Shown here: positions 18,238 to 27,341 of the stretch, piece by piece
Numbering within the stretch: the stretch's first letter is position 1
Layout of the letters: each line of letters begins with the position of its first letter
Assembly: GCA_029861425.1 (NCBI GenBank)
Contig: JAOTZH010000003.1
Location: forward strand, 1 to 46,660
Length of the DNA: 46,660 nt
DNA from: Gemmatimonadota bacterium
GTDB taxonomy: Bacteria > Gemmatimonadota > Gemmatimonadetes > Palauibacterales > Palauibacteraceae
Reading direction: 5' to 3'
Notes under the pieces: model-generated
Seen by the model: only the letters and a program-made list of their open reading frames with translations
Databases searched by the model: none
What the model was told of the DNA's origin: nothing
Program-made: the position numbers and the translations under genes

Positions 18238-18720
18238 TCAGACGCTCCTGCGACTCGCCTGCACCGCTTCGTCCAGTCGCTGGAGGAACCTCGAACGGTC
18301 GCGTCTCTCGAAAGGCTTCGGTCCACCCGTGGTCAGCCCGGCTTCGCGCAGGTCGGCCATCATGTCGCGCGTCGCGACGGCCTCTCCGATCGTGTCGTCA
18401 GTGAAGACCCGCCCTCGCGGACTGATGACGCGTGAGCCTTTCTCGAGGCATCGTGCGGCCAGGTGGACATCCTCGGTGATCGCGATGTCTCCTGGACCCA
18501 CCTCCTCGACGATGCGGTCGTCGGCGGCGTCCAGCTTGCCTTCATCCTTCACGAGCACGAATTCGACGCGGCCGTCGTCGGGCACCCGAATCCAGGAGGC
18601 CGCGACGACGAGCACCCGGAGGTCGTAGCGTTTGGCCACGCGATAGACCTCCTGCTTCACCGGGCAGGCGTCGCCGTCGACGGCGACCAGGGGGCTGTCG
18701 TTCCGCGCGGGGTCGTTCAG
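18238..18720 (-). CDS. YaiI/YqxD (UPF0178) family PIN-like protein
   Basis: VDGDACPVK, AADD.IV, DI.IT.D..LAARCL, TGGP.PF...DRSRFL..LD; only a CTG start is apparent. Confidence 0.88.
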   Translation of the reverse strand: MNDPARNDSPLVAVDGDACPVKQEVYRVAKRYDLRVLVVAASWIRVPDDGRVEFVLVKDEGKLDAADDRIVEEVGPGDIAITEDVHLAARCLEKGSRVISPRGRVFTDDTIGEAVATRDMMADLREAGLTTGGPKPFERRDRSRFLQRLDEAVQASRRSV

Positions 18721-19484
18721 GGGCCACGCCCATCCCGGCCCACGGGAGCCGGACCCTCGAGCTCCCTGACCCAGATGTTCCGATAGCTGACGGGGTTCCC
18801 GTGGTCCTGTAGCAGAATGGGCGCGCGATCGCCGTGGGCTTCGTACTCGGGCTCCCCGATGAAGACCGTGGGTCCATCGAGGACAGCGTGGTTCTGTATC
18901 AGCACTCCGTTGTGAAAGACGGTCATCGTCGCTGGAGCGAGGACCGACCCGTCGTCGCCGAATCGTGGGGCCGCGAAGACGATGTCGTAGCTCTGCCATT
19001 CGCCCGGTCCGCGCGACGCGTTCACGAGCGGCACGTGCTGTTTGTAGATCGACCCGGCCTGACCGTTCGAGTACGTCCGGTTCTCGTATGAATCGAGCAC
19101 CTGGAGCTCGTAGCGTTCCATGAAAAAGACGCCACTGTTCCCCCGACCCTGACCTTCGCCGGACGCCCCGGCCGGGGACCGCCACTCGATGTGGAGCTGA
19201 ACACTCCCGAAACCGCGCCGCGTCCGCAGGTTCCCGGACCGGGGGACGACGGTCAGTGCGTCACCCTCGATGAGCCAGCCGGCGGTCGAGCCATCCTCGT
19301 TGCTCCAGGCGGAGAGGTCCGACCCGTCGAACAGGACGATCGCGTCCGACGGGGGCGCGCCGGCGGTACCGGGGGCGACCACGATCGGCTCGGGCTCCCA
19401 GACCTCGGTGTCCTCTGGTCGCTCCTGCGACACCGCGCCCAGCGGCGTCGCGCCGATAACCGCGCCCAGCACGAGCGCCTTCAT
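18717..19484 (-). CDS. DUF1080 / 3-keto-disaccharide hydrolase family secreted protein
   Basis: PPSDAIVLFDG, QLHIEW, GNSGVF, YELQVLDS, GEWQSYDI, HNGVLIQ, LQDHG..V.YRNIWVREL. Confidence 0.92.
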   Translation of the reverse strand: MKALVLGAVIGATPLGAVSQERPEDTEVWEPEPIVVAPGTAGAPPSDAIVLFDGSDLSAWSNEDGSTAGWLIEGDALTVVPRSGNLRTRRGFGSVQLHIEWRSPAGASGEGQGRGNSGVFFMERYELQVLDSYENRTYSNGQAGSIYKQHVPLVNASRGPGEWQSYDIVFAAPRFGDDGSVLAPATMTVFHNGVLIQNHAVLDGPTVFIGEPEYEAHGDRAPILLQDHGNPVSYRNIWVRELEGPAPVGRDGRGP

Positions 19485-20809
19485 ACCGACGGGAGGGCCC
19501 AGGGGGCCCGATAATCCGGGAACAGAAGGGCGTTGGCGTCGGCATCGCCCGGGAACGACTGCGTGGCGTCGTCCCATGTCAGGCGACGGCCCGTCTTGAA
19601 CGCGATGTTGCCCAGGTGGGCGGTGATCCCCGCCCTGGCGGCGACTGCGGCGTTGCACAGCGGCTGCTCGCGGCTCTTCATGCATTCGACGAAATTCCTC
19701 GTGTGGGCGTCGAGCCCGCCGTCGTCGATGCGCCGCTGCGCCGGAAACGCGGTCGTCATGTTCTGGACGTTGCCGTCGACGTTCTCGGTCTCCGGCAGCA
19801 CCTCCCATTTCCCCCGATCGACGATCACGGTCCCCAGGTTTCCGATGAACGCGACTCCGTGGTCGCGCTGGTAGGGGCCGAGGTCGATCCCCGTGGCGTG
19901 TTCCCAGAGCATGGCGTAGTCCTCGAACTCGAACGCCGCCTGAAGCGTATCCGGCGTTTCCGAAGCGTCATCGGGATAGGCGAACTTCCCGCCGTTGGCC
20001 GTGACTCCCTTCGGTCCCGCGTCGCCCATGCCGTAGTGCACCATGTCGATCATGTGCACCCCCCAGTCCGTCATCAGACCGCCCGCGTAGTCCCAGAACC
20101 ACCGGAAGTTGAAGTGGAACCGGTTCGGGTTGAAGGGCCGCGCCGGCGCCGGACCAAGCCACATGTCGTAGTCCACTCCGTCCGGAACGTCCTCGTCCGG
20201 CTTCACCGGGATGGCCTTCATCCAGCCCTGGTAGGCCCACGCCTTCACGAGCCGGATGCGGCCGATCGCGCCGGACTGGATGTACTCGGCCGCCTCGGTC
20301 CAGTGTCCCCCGCTCCGCTGCCACTGACCGACCTGGACGACCGTCCCGTACCGCTCGGCCGCCGCGACCATGAGCCCACATTCGCCGATGGAGTTCGCGA
20401 GCGGCTTTTCGACGTACACGTCCTTCCCGGCCTCGCAGGCCATGACCATCATCAGACAATGCCAGTGGTCAGGCGTCCCGATGATCACGGCGTCGATATC
20501 GGGATCGTCCAGCACGCGTCGGAAGTCGGAGTGCAATGCCGGCCGAGTCTCCGTCTGCTCCTCGACTTCGTCCGCGCGCGTGTTCAGGACGGAGTCGTCG
20601 ACGTCGCACAGGGCCGTGCACTCTACCTCGGGCACCTTGAGAATCGAGCGGAGGTCGGCAAACCCCATCCCGTTGCACCCGATGACGCCGACCCGAATCA
20701 CATCGCTGCGGGCCACGCCCGCGGTCTTGGCACGCAGCACGTTCGGGAACGCCAGGGCCCCGGCGGCTACCAGGCCGGAGTCCTTCAAGAACCGCCTTCG
20801 CGACGTCAT
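19481..20809 (-). CDS. Tat-exported Gfo/Idh/MocA family oxidoreductase
   Basis: SRRRFLK Tat motif; GVIGCNGMG, TPDHWH, YVEKP, QVGQWQRS, DWGVHMID. Confidence 0.93.
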   Translation of the reverse strand: MTSRRRFLKDSGLVAAGALAFPNVLRAKTAGVARSDVIRVGVIGCNGMGFADLRSILKVPEVECTALCDVDDSVLNTRADEVEEQTETRPALHSDFRRVLDDPDIDAVIIGTPDHWHCLMMVMACEAGKDVYVEKPLANSIGECGLMVAAAERYGTVVQVGQWQRSGGHWTEAAEYIQSGAIGRIRLVKAWAYQGWMKAIPVKPDEDVPDGVDYDMWLGPAPARPFNPNRFHFNFRWFWDYAGGLMTDWGVHMIDMVHYGMGDAGPKGVTANGGKFAYPDDASETPDTLQAAFEFEDYAMLWEHATGIDLGPYQRDHGVAFIGNLGTVIVDRGKWEVLPETENVDGNVQNMTTAFPAQRRIDDGGLDAHTRNFVECMKSREQPLCNAAVAARAGITAHLGNIAFKTGRRLTWDDATQSFPGDADANALLFPDYRAPWALPSV

Positions 20810-20889
20810 GTCCGTCTCCCGTGTCTTGGCACGCACAACGGTTCGGCTCAGCTTGGGAACGCTACGGGTACTCGAGCCGGGAGAACAGC

Positions 20890-22125
20890 ATGCGCCGTTC
20901 ATTGGTCCTCTTCGTCTGCCTTTTCGTCCAGACCGCCGTTCTCGCGGCGCAGGATCTCGTCCTCACGAACGCGAACGTGGTGGACGTCGCCGCGGGGACG
21001 ATCCTCGAGGGCGCGACGGTCGTCGTGTCCGACGGACGCATCCGGACGATCGCTTCCGGGGACCTCGAGCTGCCGCCGGGCACCGAGGTGGTCGACCTGA
21101 TGGGTCGGTTCCTCGCTCCGGGGCTCTTCGACGCTCATGTGCACGTCGGCGACGCGGCGAGCGCGCGACGGGCCCTCGAGACCGGGGTCACGACGATGCG
21201 GAGTATGGGGACGTCCCATTACGTCGACGTCGGGATACGCGATCTACAGGCTGCCGGGCACCTCGAGGCCCCCCAGCTTCTGGCCGCCGGATACCATGTT
21301 CGTCCGCCCGCCGCGGAAGCGTTCTTCCAGGACCATCCGGAGCTCGGTCACCTGTTCGGGCAGGAGATCAAGGGAGACGAGGCGGTCCGCGCCATGACCC
21401 GCGCGATCGTCTCCCGAGGCGTCGATTTCGTGAAGACGAACGCTACCGAGCGGGCGGGTCTGCCGGACACGGACCCGCGGAAGGAGTTCTACTCCGAGGC
21501 CGAGCTCGCCGCGATCGTCGAAGAGGCTGCGGCTGGAGGTATCGGGGTGGCTGCCCACGCGCACGGGGACGCGGGTGCCCGGTCGGCGGTTCGGGCGGGA
21601 GTGAGGAGCATCGAGCACGGTACCTACATGAGCCCGGCGACTCTGGAGCTCATGGTCGAGCGCGGGACCTTCCTCGTCCCCACCATCGCGGTCGTCCGGG
21701 ACCTGACGATTCCGGGCGGCAGCTACGATAATCCCGTCCTGAACGTACGGGGCCGGCACATGCTGCCGCGGGTCCAGGACATGGCGAGAAACGCCCACGG
21801 GATAGGCGTGAAGATCGTGGCGGCGACCGATACGGGGTACGGTCCGGAGAACGTGACGACCCTCGCCCACGAGCTCATGGAGCTGGTGGGGATCGGGATG
21901 TCGCCGCTCGAAGCGCTGCGCGCGGCCACGACGACGGCCGCGGACCTTTTCGGTCTGACGGACCGGACGGGCCGGGTCGAGGAGGGACTCGAGGCGGACC
22001 TCATCGTGCTCGAGCGGAATCCTCTCGAGGACATCGGCGTGATGCAGGACGTGCTGATGGTGGTCAACGATGGGAAGGTCGTCGTCCAGCGGGGAGATTG
22101 GCCCGCACGGCGAACGGTCTCGTAG
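20890..22125 (+). CDS. Secreted amidohydrolase family protein (prolidase-like subtype)
   Basis: Signal peptide; PGLFDAHVH, VK, AAHAHG, SIEHG, ATDTG, G.EADL. Confidence 0.9.
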   Translation: MRRSLVLFVCLFVQTAVLAAQDLVLTNANVVDVAAGTILEGATVVVSDGRIRTIASGDLELPPGTEVVDLMGRFLAPGLFDAHVHVGDAASARRALETGVTTMRSMGTSHYVDVGIRDLQAAGHLEAPQLLAAGYHVRPPAAEAFFQDHPELGHLFGQEIKGDEAVRAMTRAIVSRGVDFVKTNATERAGLPDTDPRKEFYSEAELAAIVEEAAAGGIGVAAHAHGDAGARSAVRAGVRSIEHGTYMSPATLELMVERGTFLVPTIAVVRDLTIPGGSYDNPVLNVRGRHMLPRVQDMARNAHGIGVKIVAATDTGYGPENVTTLAHELMELVGIGMSPLEALRAATTTAADLFGLTDRTGRVEEGLEADLIVLERNPLEDIGVMQDVLMVVNDGKVVVQRGDWPARRTVS

Positions 22126-22141
22126 GCCAGGAGCCTCGAGC

Positions 22142-24451
22142 ATGAAGACCCGTCGGATCGGGACGCGAGCGGCGACGCTCCTCGTCGGGGCGGCCCTGGC
22201 CGGGTGTGGGGAGGGGGCGATTCCCGACGTCGACCGATTCGACGTCTATCTGGCGGGGGTCCCCACGGCGAGGATCGTGTCCGACACCACGGTCGCCGAC
22301 GGCTTCACCGACCCGGCGGAACGCCGGTTCCTGATCGAGTTGCGCGATCCTCGCACGGCGGAGTGGACGCCGGCTCGAGCAGTGACGGGAGGCCAGATTG
22401 CGAGCGGCGCGGCGATGTCGGAGATCGGGTTCGGCCTCCCCCTGCCGGCGATCCTCGCGGAGACCGATGCCTGGGTGGCGGAAAACCCGGATCGGTTCAT
22501 CTGGCCCGGCACGATCACGTCTTATGTGCCACATCGAGAGCTGACCGGGTCCGTCGACGGTCGGCCGACGTCGGCGACCTACTGGGCGGCACAGGAAGAA
22601 TCGTCACCGACCGACGTGGTGCTGGACGATTCCGGGCGTCTGATCGCGGCCGTGAATCCCTCGGTCGACCTCGTACTCGTGCGCCGCGGATATGAGGACC
22701 TCACCACCGTCGGTCGCTGGCGCGCGGCAGGCGTCTCCCGACCGGAGTACGGATTCACCGAGCTCGAGGAGCGCGTCGAGATGTCGGATGGCGTCGGCCT
22801 CGCGACGCTCGTCTATCTGCCGTCGGGTGACGTCGACGGTCCGTACCCGACGATCTTCATCCGGACGCCCTACGGCATCACCGATCTCGTGGGTCAGTAC
22901 TTCCACTACCCGGCGCGCGGGTTCGCGCTCGTGCTACAGGCGGTGCGAGGGACGGCGTACTGGGACCCGGATCGGCGCTCGGAGGGCATCTGGGACCCGA
23001 TGGTGAACGAGCCCCGCGACGGTGCGGACGCCCTCGCCTGGATCGTCGAGCAGCCCTGGTCGGACGGCAACATCTGCATGCAGGGCGGTTCGTACGTCGG
23101 CTACACCCAGTGGTCGGCCTCCATGGCGGACAACCCGGCCCTCAAGTGCACGGTCCCCGAGAGCTCGATGGGCACCGCGTTCAGCGACCAGCCGTTCATG
23201 GGCGGCGGGTTCGTCGAAGGCCTCGCGTACTACATGTTCTGGATGCTGGACATCGAGATCCTCCCCGAAAGGACGTGGACCGAGATCCTGCACCACCGGC
23301 CGATTGCCGATATGGACGTGTTCGCCACGGGTCGGGACATCCGGCAGTGGAACGAGATGGTCGACCACTGGCGGAACGATGCGTTCTGGAAGCGGCAGGA
23401 CTGGTACGCCGACGAGGGTGAGAGATCCTTCGGGACGCTCCAGATCAGCGGGTGGTTCGATGACGACTATCCGGGGACACAGAGCAACTGGGAGCTGATG
23501 CAGCGACGCTCGAGCGCCCCGCAGCACCTGGTCGTCGGTCCCTGGAGGCACGGATACAACCGTGATCGGCGGTTGAACGGCCTCAGCTTCGGGGTGGACG
23601 CGCTTCGCGACGATATCTGGCTGCTCAAGCAGCGGTGGTACGACCATTTCCTGAAAGGCATCGACAACGGTGTTGGCGGGACGGTCGTCGACTACTTCGT
23701 GCTCGGGGACAATGAATGGCGGCAGGCCCGCAACTGGCCGCCGGAAGAATCCGTCGAGGAGCGCTGGTACTTCCACAGCGACGGCGCCGCGGCCGGGTCC
23801 GCCGGGGGCGTCCTGACCACCGCTCCGCCGGAGATCGAACAGCGGGTCGATACCTACGTGTACGATCCGACGGACCCGCCCACGAACTGGACCGATTTCG
23901 ACGGCATGACGCAGTGGGAGGACATCCAGAGCTTCCCCGCCGACTTCGCGGAGATGGAGGCTCGTGACGACGTCGCCGTGTTCACCTCCGACCCGCTCGC
24001 CGAGGACCTGACGATCGCGGGTCCGATCGTGGTCGAGCTCCACGCGTCCACGGACGTCCCGGACACGGACTGGTGGGCCCACATCTCGGACGTCCAGCCC
24101 GACGGGCGGTCGATTCGGCTGTCGACCGGCCTGATCAGGGCCCGGTTCCGAGGCCTGGACGACCCGGTGTTCAAGATCTCCGGCTCGAACTTCGAGACGG
24201 AAGAGCTCCTGTCGGGCGACCCGTCTCGGGTCGTGCGCTACGAGATCGGTCTTCCGGCGGTCGCGAACACGTTCAAAGCCGGCCACCGGATCCGGATCGC
24301 CGTCATGAACGCGCTCGACAACTACTCGTTCCCGAACTCGAACACCGGCGAGCACGAGGCCCACGTGACGACGACGCGCCCGGGGACGATGTCGCTCCAT
24401 CATTCCCCCGGGCGCGCCAGCCACGTCCGCTTTCACGTCCTTCCGCGGTAG
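22142..24451 (+). CDS. CocE/NonD family serine hydrolase lipoprotein
   Basis: Lipobox LAGC; DGVGLAT.VYLP, RTPY, GGSYVG nucleophile elbow, GWFDD, GPWRH, C-terminal jelly-roll-type motifs. Confidence 0.92.
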   Translation: MKTRRIGTRAATLLVGAALAGCGEGAIPDVDRFDVYLAGVPTARIVSDTTVADGFTDPAERRFLIELRDPRTAEWTPARAVTGGQIASGAAMSEIGFGLPLPAILAETDAWVAENPDRFIWPGTITSYVPHRELTGSVDGRPTSATYWAAQEESSPTDVVLDDSGRLIAAVNPSVDLVLVRRGYEDLTTVGRWRAAGVSRPEYGFTELEERVEMSDGVGLATLVYLPSGDVDGPYPTIFIRTPYGITDLVGQYFHYPARGFALVLQAVRGTAYWDPDRRSEGIWDPMVNEPRDGADALAWIVEQPWSDGNICMQGGSYVGYTQWSASMADNPALKCTVPESSMGTAFSDQPFMGGGFVEGLAYYMFWMLDIEILPERTWTEILHHRPIADMDVFATGRDIRQWNEMVDHWRNDAFWKRQDWYADEGERSFGTLQISGWFDDDYPGTQSNWELMQRRSSAPQHLVVGPWRHGYNRDRRLNGLSFGVDALRDDIWLLKQRWYDHFLKGIDNGVGGTVVDYFVLGDNEWRQARNWPPEESVEERWYFHSDGAAAGSAGGVLTTAPPEIEQRVDTYVYDPTDPPTNWTDFDGMTQWEDIQSFPADFAEMEARDDVAVFTSDPLAEDLTIAGPIVVELHASTDVPDTDWWAHISDVQPDGRSIRLSTGLIRARFRGLDDPVFKISGSNFETEELLSGDPSRVVRYEIGLPAVANTFKAGHRIRIAVMNALDNYSFPNSNTGEHEAHVTTTRPGTMSLHHSPGRASHVRFHVLPR

Positions 24452-24485
24452 CGCGAACGCACGGGCGACCGCGGTCGCCTGCCGT

Positions 24486-26675
24486 TTACGGAGTGCCGAT
24501 CAGCTCCTGCAACAGCGCCTCGGCCTTGTAGACGCTCCTCAGCGCCTCGGTGATCCCGGCCGAATGCACGCCCACCGTGCGCCCCGAGCCCGTCCGGAAC
24601 AGGAACTCGTTCGGCAGCTGCTCGATGTTCCCGTCGAACGCGATCCCGACGACGCGCGCATCCTGGTCGATCATGGGGCTGCCGCTGTTTCCGCCCGTGA
24701 TATCGTTCGTCGTCACGAAGTCGAGTGGCGCGTCCAGGTTCACGTCGGCCCGGTTGGCCTCCCAGGCGGCCGGCAGCGTCCAGGGCATCTCGTTGCCGAA
24801 GGCCGCGGCCCGTTCGTACATGCCACCCATGGTGGTGTTCGACGGTGCGAACGTCCCGTTGTACGGGTAGCGCTTCACCACTCCGTCCGTGATCCGGAGC
24901 GTGAACGTCGCGTCCGGCGGCAGGTCGGTCCCGAACGCCGCGAACTGTGCCCTGGCGAGTCGCTCCTCCTGTACCACCTCGGCGGCCTGGATCCCCTCCC
25001 AGCGCGGCAGGAGTTCCGCGTGGGCGTCCACCATGTGGATTGCCAGGCGAAGGAATGGGTCGTCGGTGGTCGCGAGGGTCGCGGCCCCCTCCGCCATCAA
25101 AGCGCCGCGCCGGTTCGGATCGAGGACCTCTGTCGACGCCAGTAGCCGCGAGGCCGCTTCGGCGGGCGTCTCGTCACCCTGGAAGGCCAGGGCCAGGAAC
25201 GGATCGTCCTCCGCCAGCCACCGCCGCGCGACGTCGAGCCGAAGCTCCAGAAGCATCTCCGCAAGCTGGACGGGTAGGCCCGGCGGTCCTCTCAGTTGCG
25301 CCTCGGACGCCGCGAGCGCCTCACCCTGGAATTCCTCCGCGCGCTCGGCCTCGGGCATCGCCATGTCGCGCAGATACCGAACGAGCATCGTGGCCATCAT
25401 TACGGTCGGATCTCCGCCTCCGAACAGCGGGTCGTTCGCGTTCAACGCCGGACTCACACGCATCTTGTCGTACTGGATGTCCGTAAGACCGTCCCACGTA
25501 TCGCCGAACTCGGCCGCCAGATCGGGGTCGTTCGCGATTCGGGTCCGGAACTCGGCCTCCCAGCTCATCTTCTGACCCATCAGGAGCGTGTCCCGGAGTC
25601 CCTCGAGCTGGCCGCTCAGCGCCTTCAGACTGTTCTCGATGCCGAAGATCTGCTCCCGGACGCTCCGCTCGGCCTCCGGGCCGAAGCCCGCGATGGTCCT
25701 GAACACATCGCGCTGGCCCTCGAGCACGCGGATCAGGAACGGGTGTCGATATGCCTGCTCGTAGAGGAGCTGCCCGACCGTCGCGCCCCGGTCCGTCGAA
25801 CCCGGATTCCCGGTAACGAACACCACCTCGCCTTCATCGGCTCCCTCGGCGTCCCATTCGAAGTGGTGTGGCGTCGAGCTGGGTGTCGTCCCGTCTTCCT
25901 CGTAGGCTCGCACGAACGCCACGTCGAGCGCGTAGCGCGGATACGTGAAGTTGTCGGGGTCCCCGCCAAAGAACCCGGCCTGGAGCTCGGGCGCGAAGAC
26001 GAGCTTCACCGGGGAAAAGCGCCGGTACTCGTACAGCTGGTACTGGCCACCGTTGAAGAGCGCCACGACCTGGCACTCGTTCTCCGAGTCCGTCTCGCAG
26101 GACTCCTCGATAGTGGTGCGTTCGGCTTCCTGCGCCGCCGCGGTCTCCTGGTCCGACCCGCCGGCCTCCGCTGCCGCACGCACCCGATCGGTCACGCTCG
26201 AAATCGCGACCAGCTGGTCCAGAAACAGATCCGGGCAGACGAGCTCGTCTTCTCGCGTCGCGGCGTAAAAGCCGTCCTCGACGTAGTCGCTGGCAGCCGT
26301 CGACACCGCCTCGACGCACGCCCGCGCGCAGTGGTGGTTCGTCATCACGAGCCCGTTCGGGGAGACGAACGACGCCGAACAGCTCTCTCCGTAGCGCACC
26401 GATGAGAGCTGCACGTGTTCGAGCCACTCGGCGGTCGGACGGAACCCGTATGCCTCCTCCCAGTAGTCGAGCGGGGCGTTCTCGAACGTCCACATCGTCC
26501 CGGTCTCGATACCCGAGAGCTGGGCCCGCTCCGCGGCGCGTTGTGCCTGCTGTGACGGCTCGAGCTGCACGGTCTGACCGCGGACGGGCTGAACCTGCAT
26601 GAGTCCGATCAAGCCCAGTCCGAAAGCGACGAGCGGGCGAAGTAAACGTTGGCGGAGCGAGACGGTACCGGACAT
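24486..26675 (-). CDS. S46 family dipeptidyl peptidase
   Basis: GTMWT, CSASFVS..GL.MTNHHC, FGGDPDNF.YPR, PDATFTLR, DITGGNSGSP, FDGN. Confidence 0.94.
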   Translation of the reverse strand: MSGTVSLRQRLLRPLVAFGLGLIGLMQVQPVRGQTVQLEPSQQAQRAAERAQLSGIETGTMWTFENAPLDYWEEAYGFRPTAEWLEHVQLSSVRYGESCSASFVSPNGLVMTNHHCARACVEAVSTAASDYVEDGFYAATREDELVCPDLFLDQLVAISSVTDRVRAAAEAGGSDQETAAAQEAERTTIEESCETDSENECQVVALFNGGQYQLYEYRRFSPVKLVFAPELQAGFFGGDPDNFTYPRYALDVAFVRAYEEDGTTPSSTPHHFEWDAEGADEGEVVFVTGNPGSTDRGATVGQLLYEQAYRHPFLIRVLEGQRDVFRTIAGFGPEAERSVREQIFGIENSLKALSGQLEGLRDTLLMGQKMSWEAEFRTRIANDPDLAAEFGDTWDGLTDIQYDKMRVSPALNANDPLFGGGDPTVMMATMLVRYLRDMAMPEAERAEEFQGEALAASEAQLRGPPGLPVQLAEMLLELRLDVARRWLAEDDPFLALAFQGDETPAEAASRLLASTEVLDPNRRGALMAEGAATLATTDDPFLRLAIHMVDAHAELLPRWEGIQAAEVVQEERLARAQFAAFGTDLPPDATFTLRITDGVVKRYPYNGTFAPSNTTMGGMYERAAAFGNEMPWTLPAAWEANRADVNLDAPLDFVTTNDITGGNSGSPMIDQDARVVGIAFDGNIEQLPNEFLFRTGSGRTVGVHSAGITEALRSVYKAEALLQELIGTP

Positions 26676-26799
26676 CGAGCGTCCTTTCTGAAAAAGCGCG
26701 TGTGGCGGGTTCGAACCTGCCTACGGAGGATACCGGTGGCGTTCGCGACGGAGTACCCCGGTGCGTCGGTTACGATCACCCGGACTCGAGGGATAGGCG

Positions 26800-27288
26800 A
26801 TGATGATGAAGTACAGGATCGCTCTGGCAATGCTGGCGGCGGGCGCAGTCGCGTGTGGCCCCGACGAGCAATCGACTCTGGAGGAGCGCCACGAATCGGT
26901 CGCTGAAGCGGGAGCCTCCGTGATGCCGTTCGATCTCGACGAGACCACGCACGTGTTCGAGATCGACGAGACCGGTGGCCTGCAGCAAGTCGTCGCGGAC
27001 TCCAATGACGCGGAGCAGATCCGCTTGATCCGAGGGCATCTGTCCGAAGAGGCCGCGCGGTTCGCGCGTGGCGACTTCCACGACCCCGAGATGATCCACG
27101 GGCACGATATGCCGGGACTCCACGCTCTCGTCACCGGACAAGACCGTCTGACGATCGAGTACTCGGAGATCGAGCGCGGTGCGCAGATCATGTACTCGTC
27201 GGAGGATCCGGCTCTGGTACAGGCGATCCACGAATGGTTCGAAGCTCAGCTCGCGGATCATGGGGAGCACGCGCAGGCGCATCGTTAG
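26800..27288 (+). CDS. Hypothetical His/Met-containing lipoprotein
   Basis: Lipobox AVAC; VMPFDL..TTH.F, IR.HL, GDF.DP..IHG.DMPGL, AIH.WF.AQ..DHG pattern. Confidence 0.7.
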   Translation: MMMKYRIALAMLAAGAVACGPDEQSTLEERHESVAEAGASVMPFDLDETTHVFEIDETGGLQQVVADSNDAEQIRLIRGHLSEEAARFARGDFHDPEMIHGHDMPGLHALVTGQDRLTIEYSEIERGAQIMYSSEDPALVQAIHEWFEAQLADHGEHAQAHR

Positions 27289-27341
27289 GCACCGACGCCG
27301 ATCCATCGTCCCGCGGGGCGGGGACGTGTAGCTTCGCGTTC

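Noticed and set aside
26704-26721. GGCGGGTTCGAACCTGCC, a tRNA T-arm-like hairpin
   Set aside because: Loop is 6 nt rather than 7, and no acceptor, D or anticodon arms on either strand; simple palindrome in a divergent promoter region
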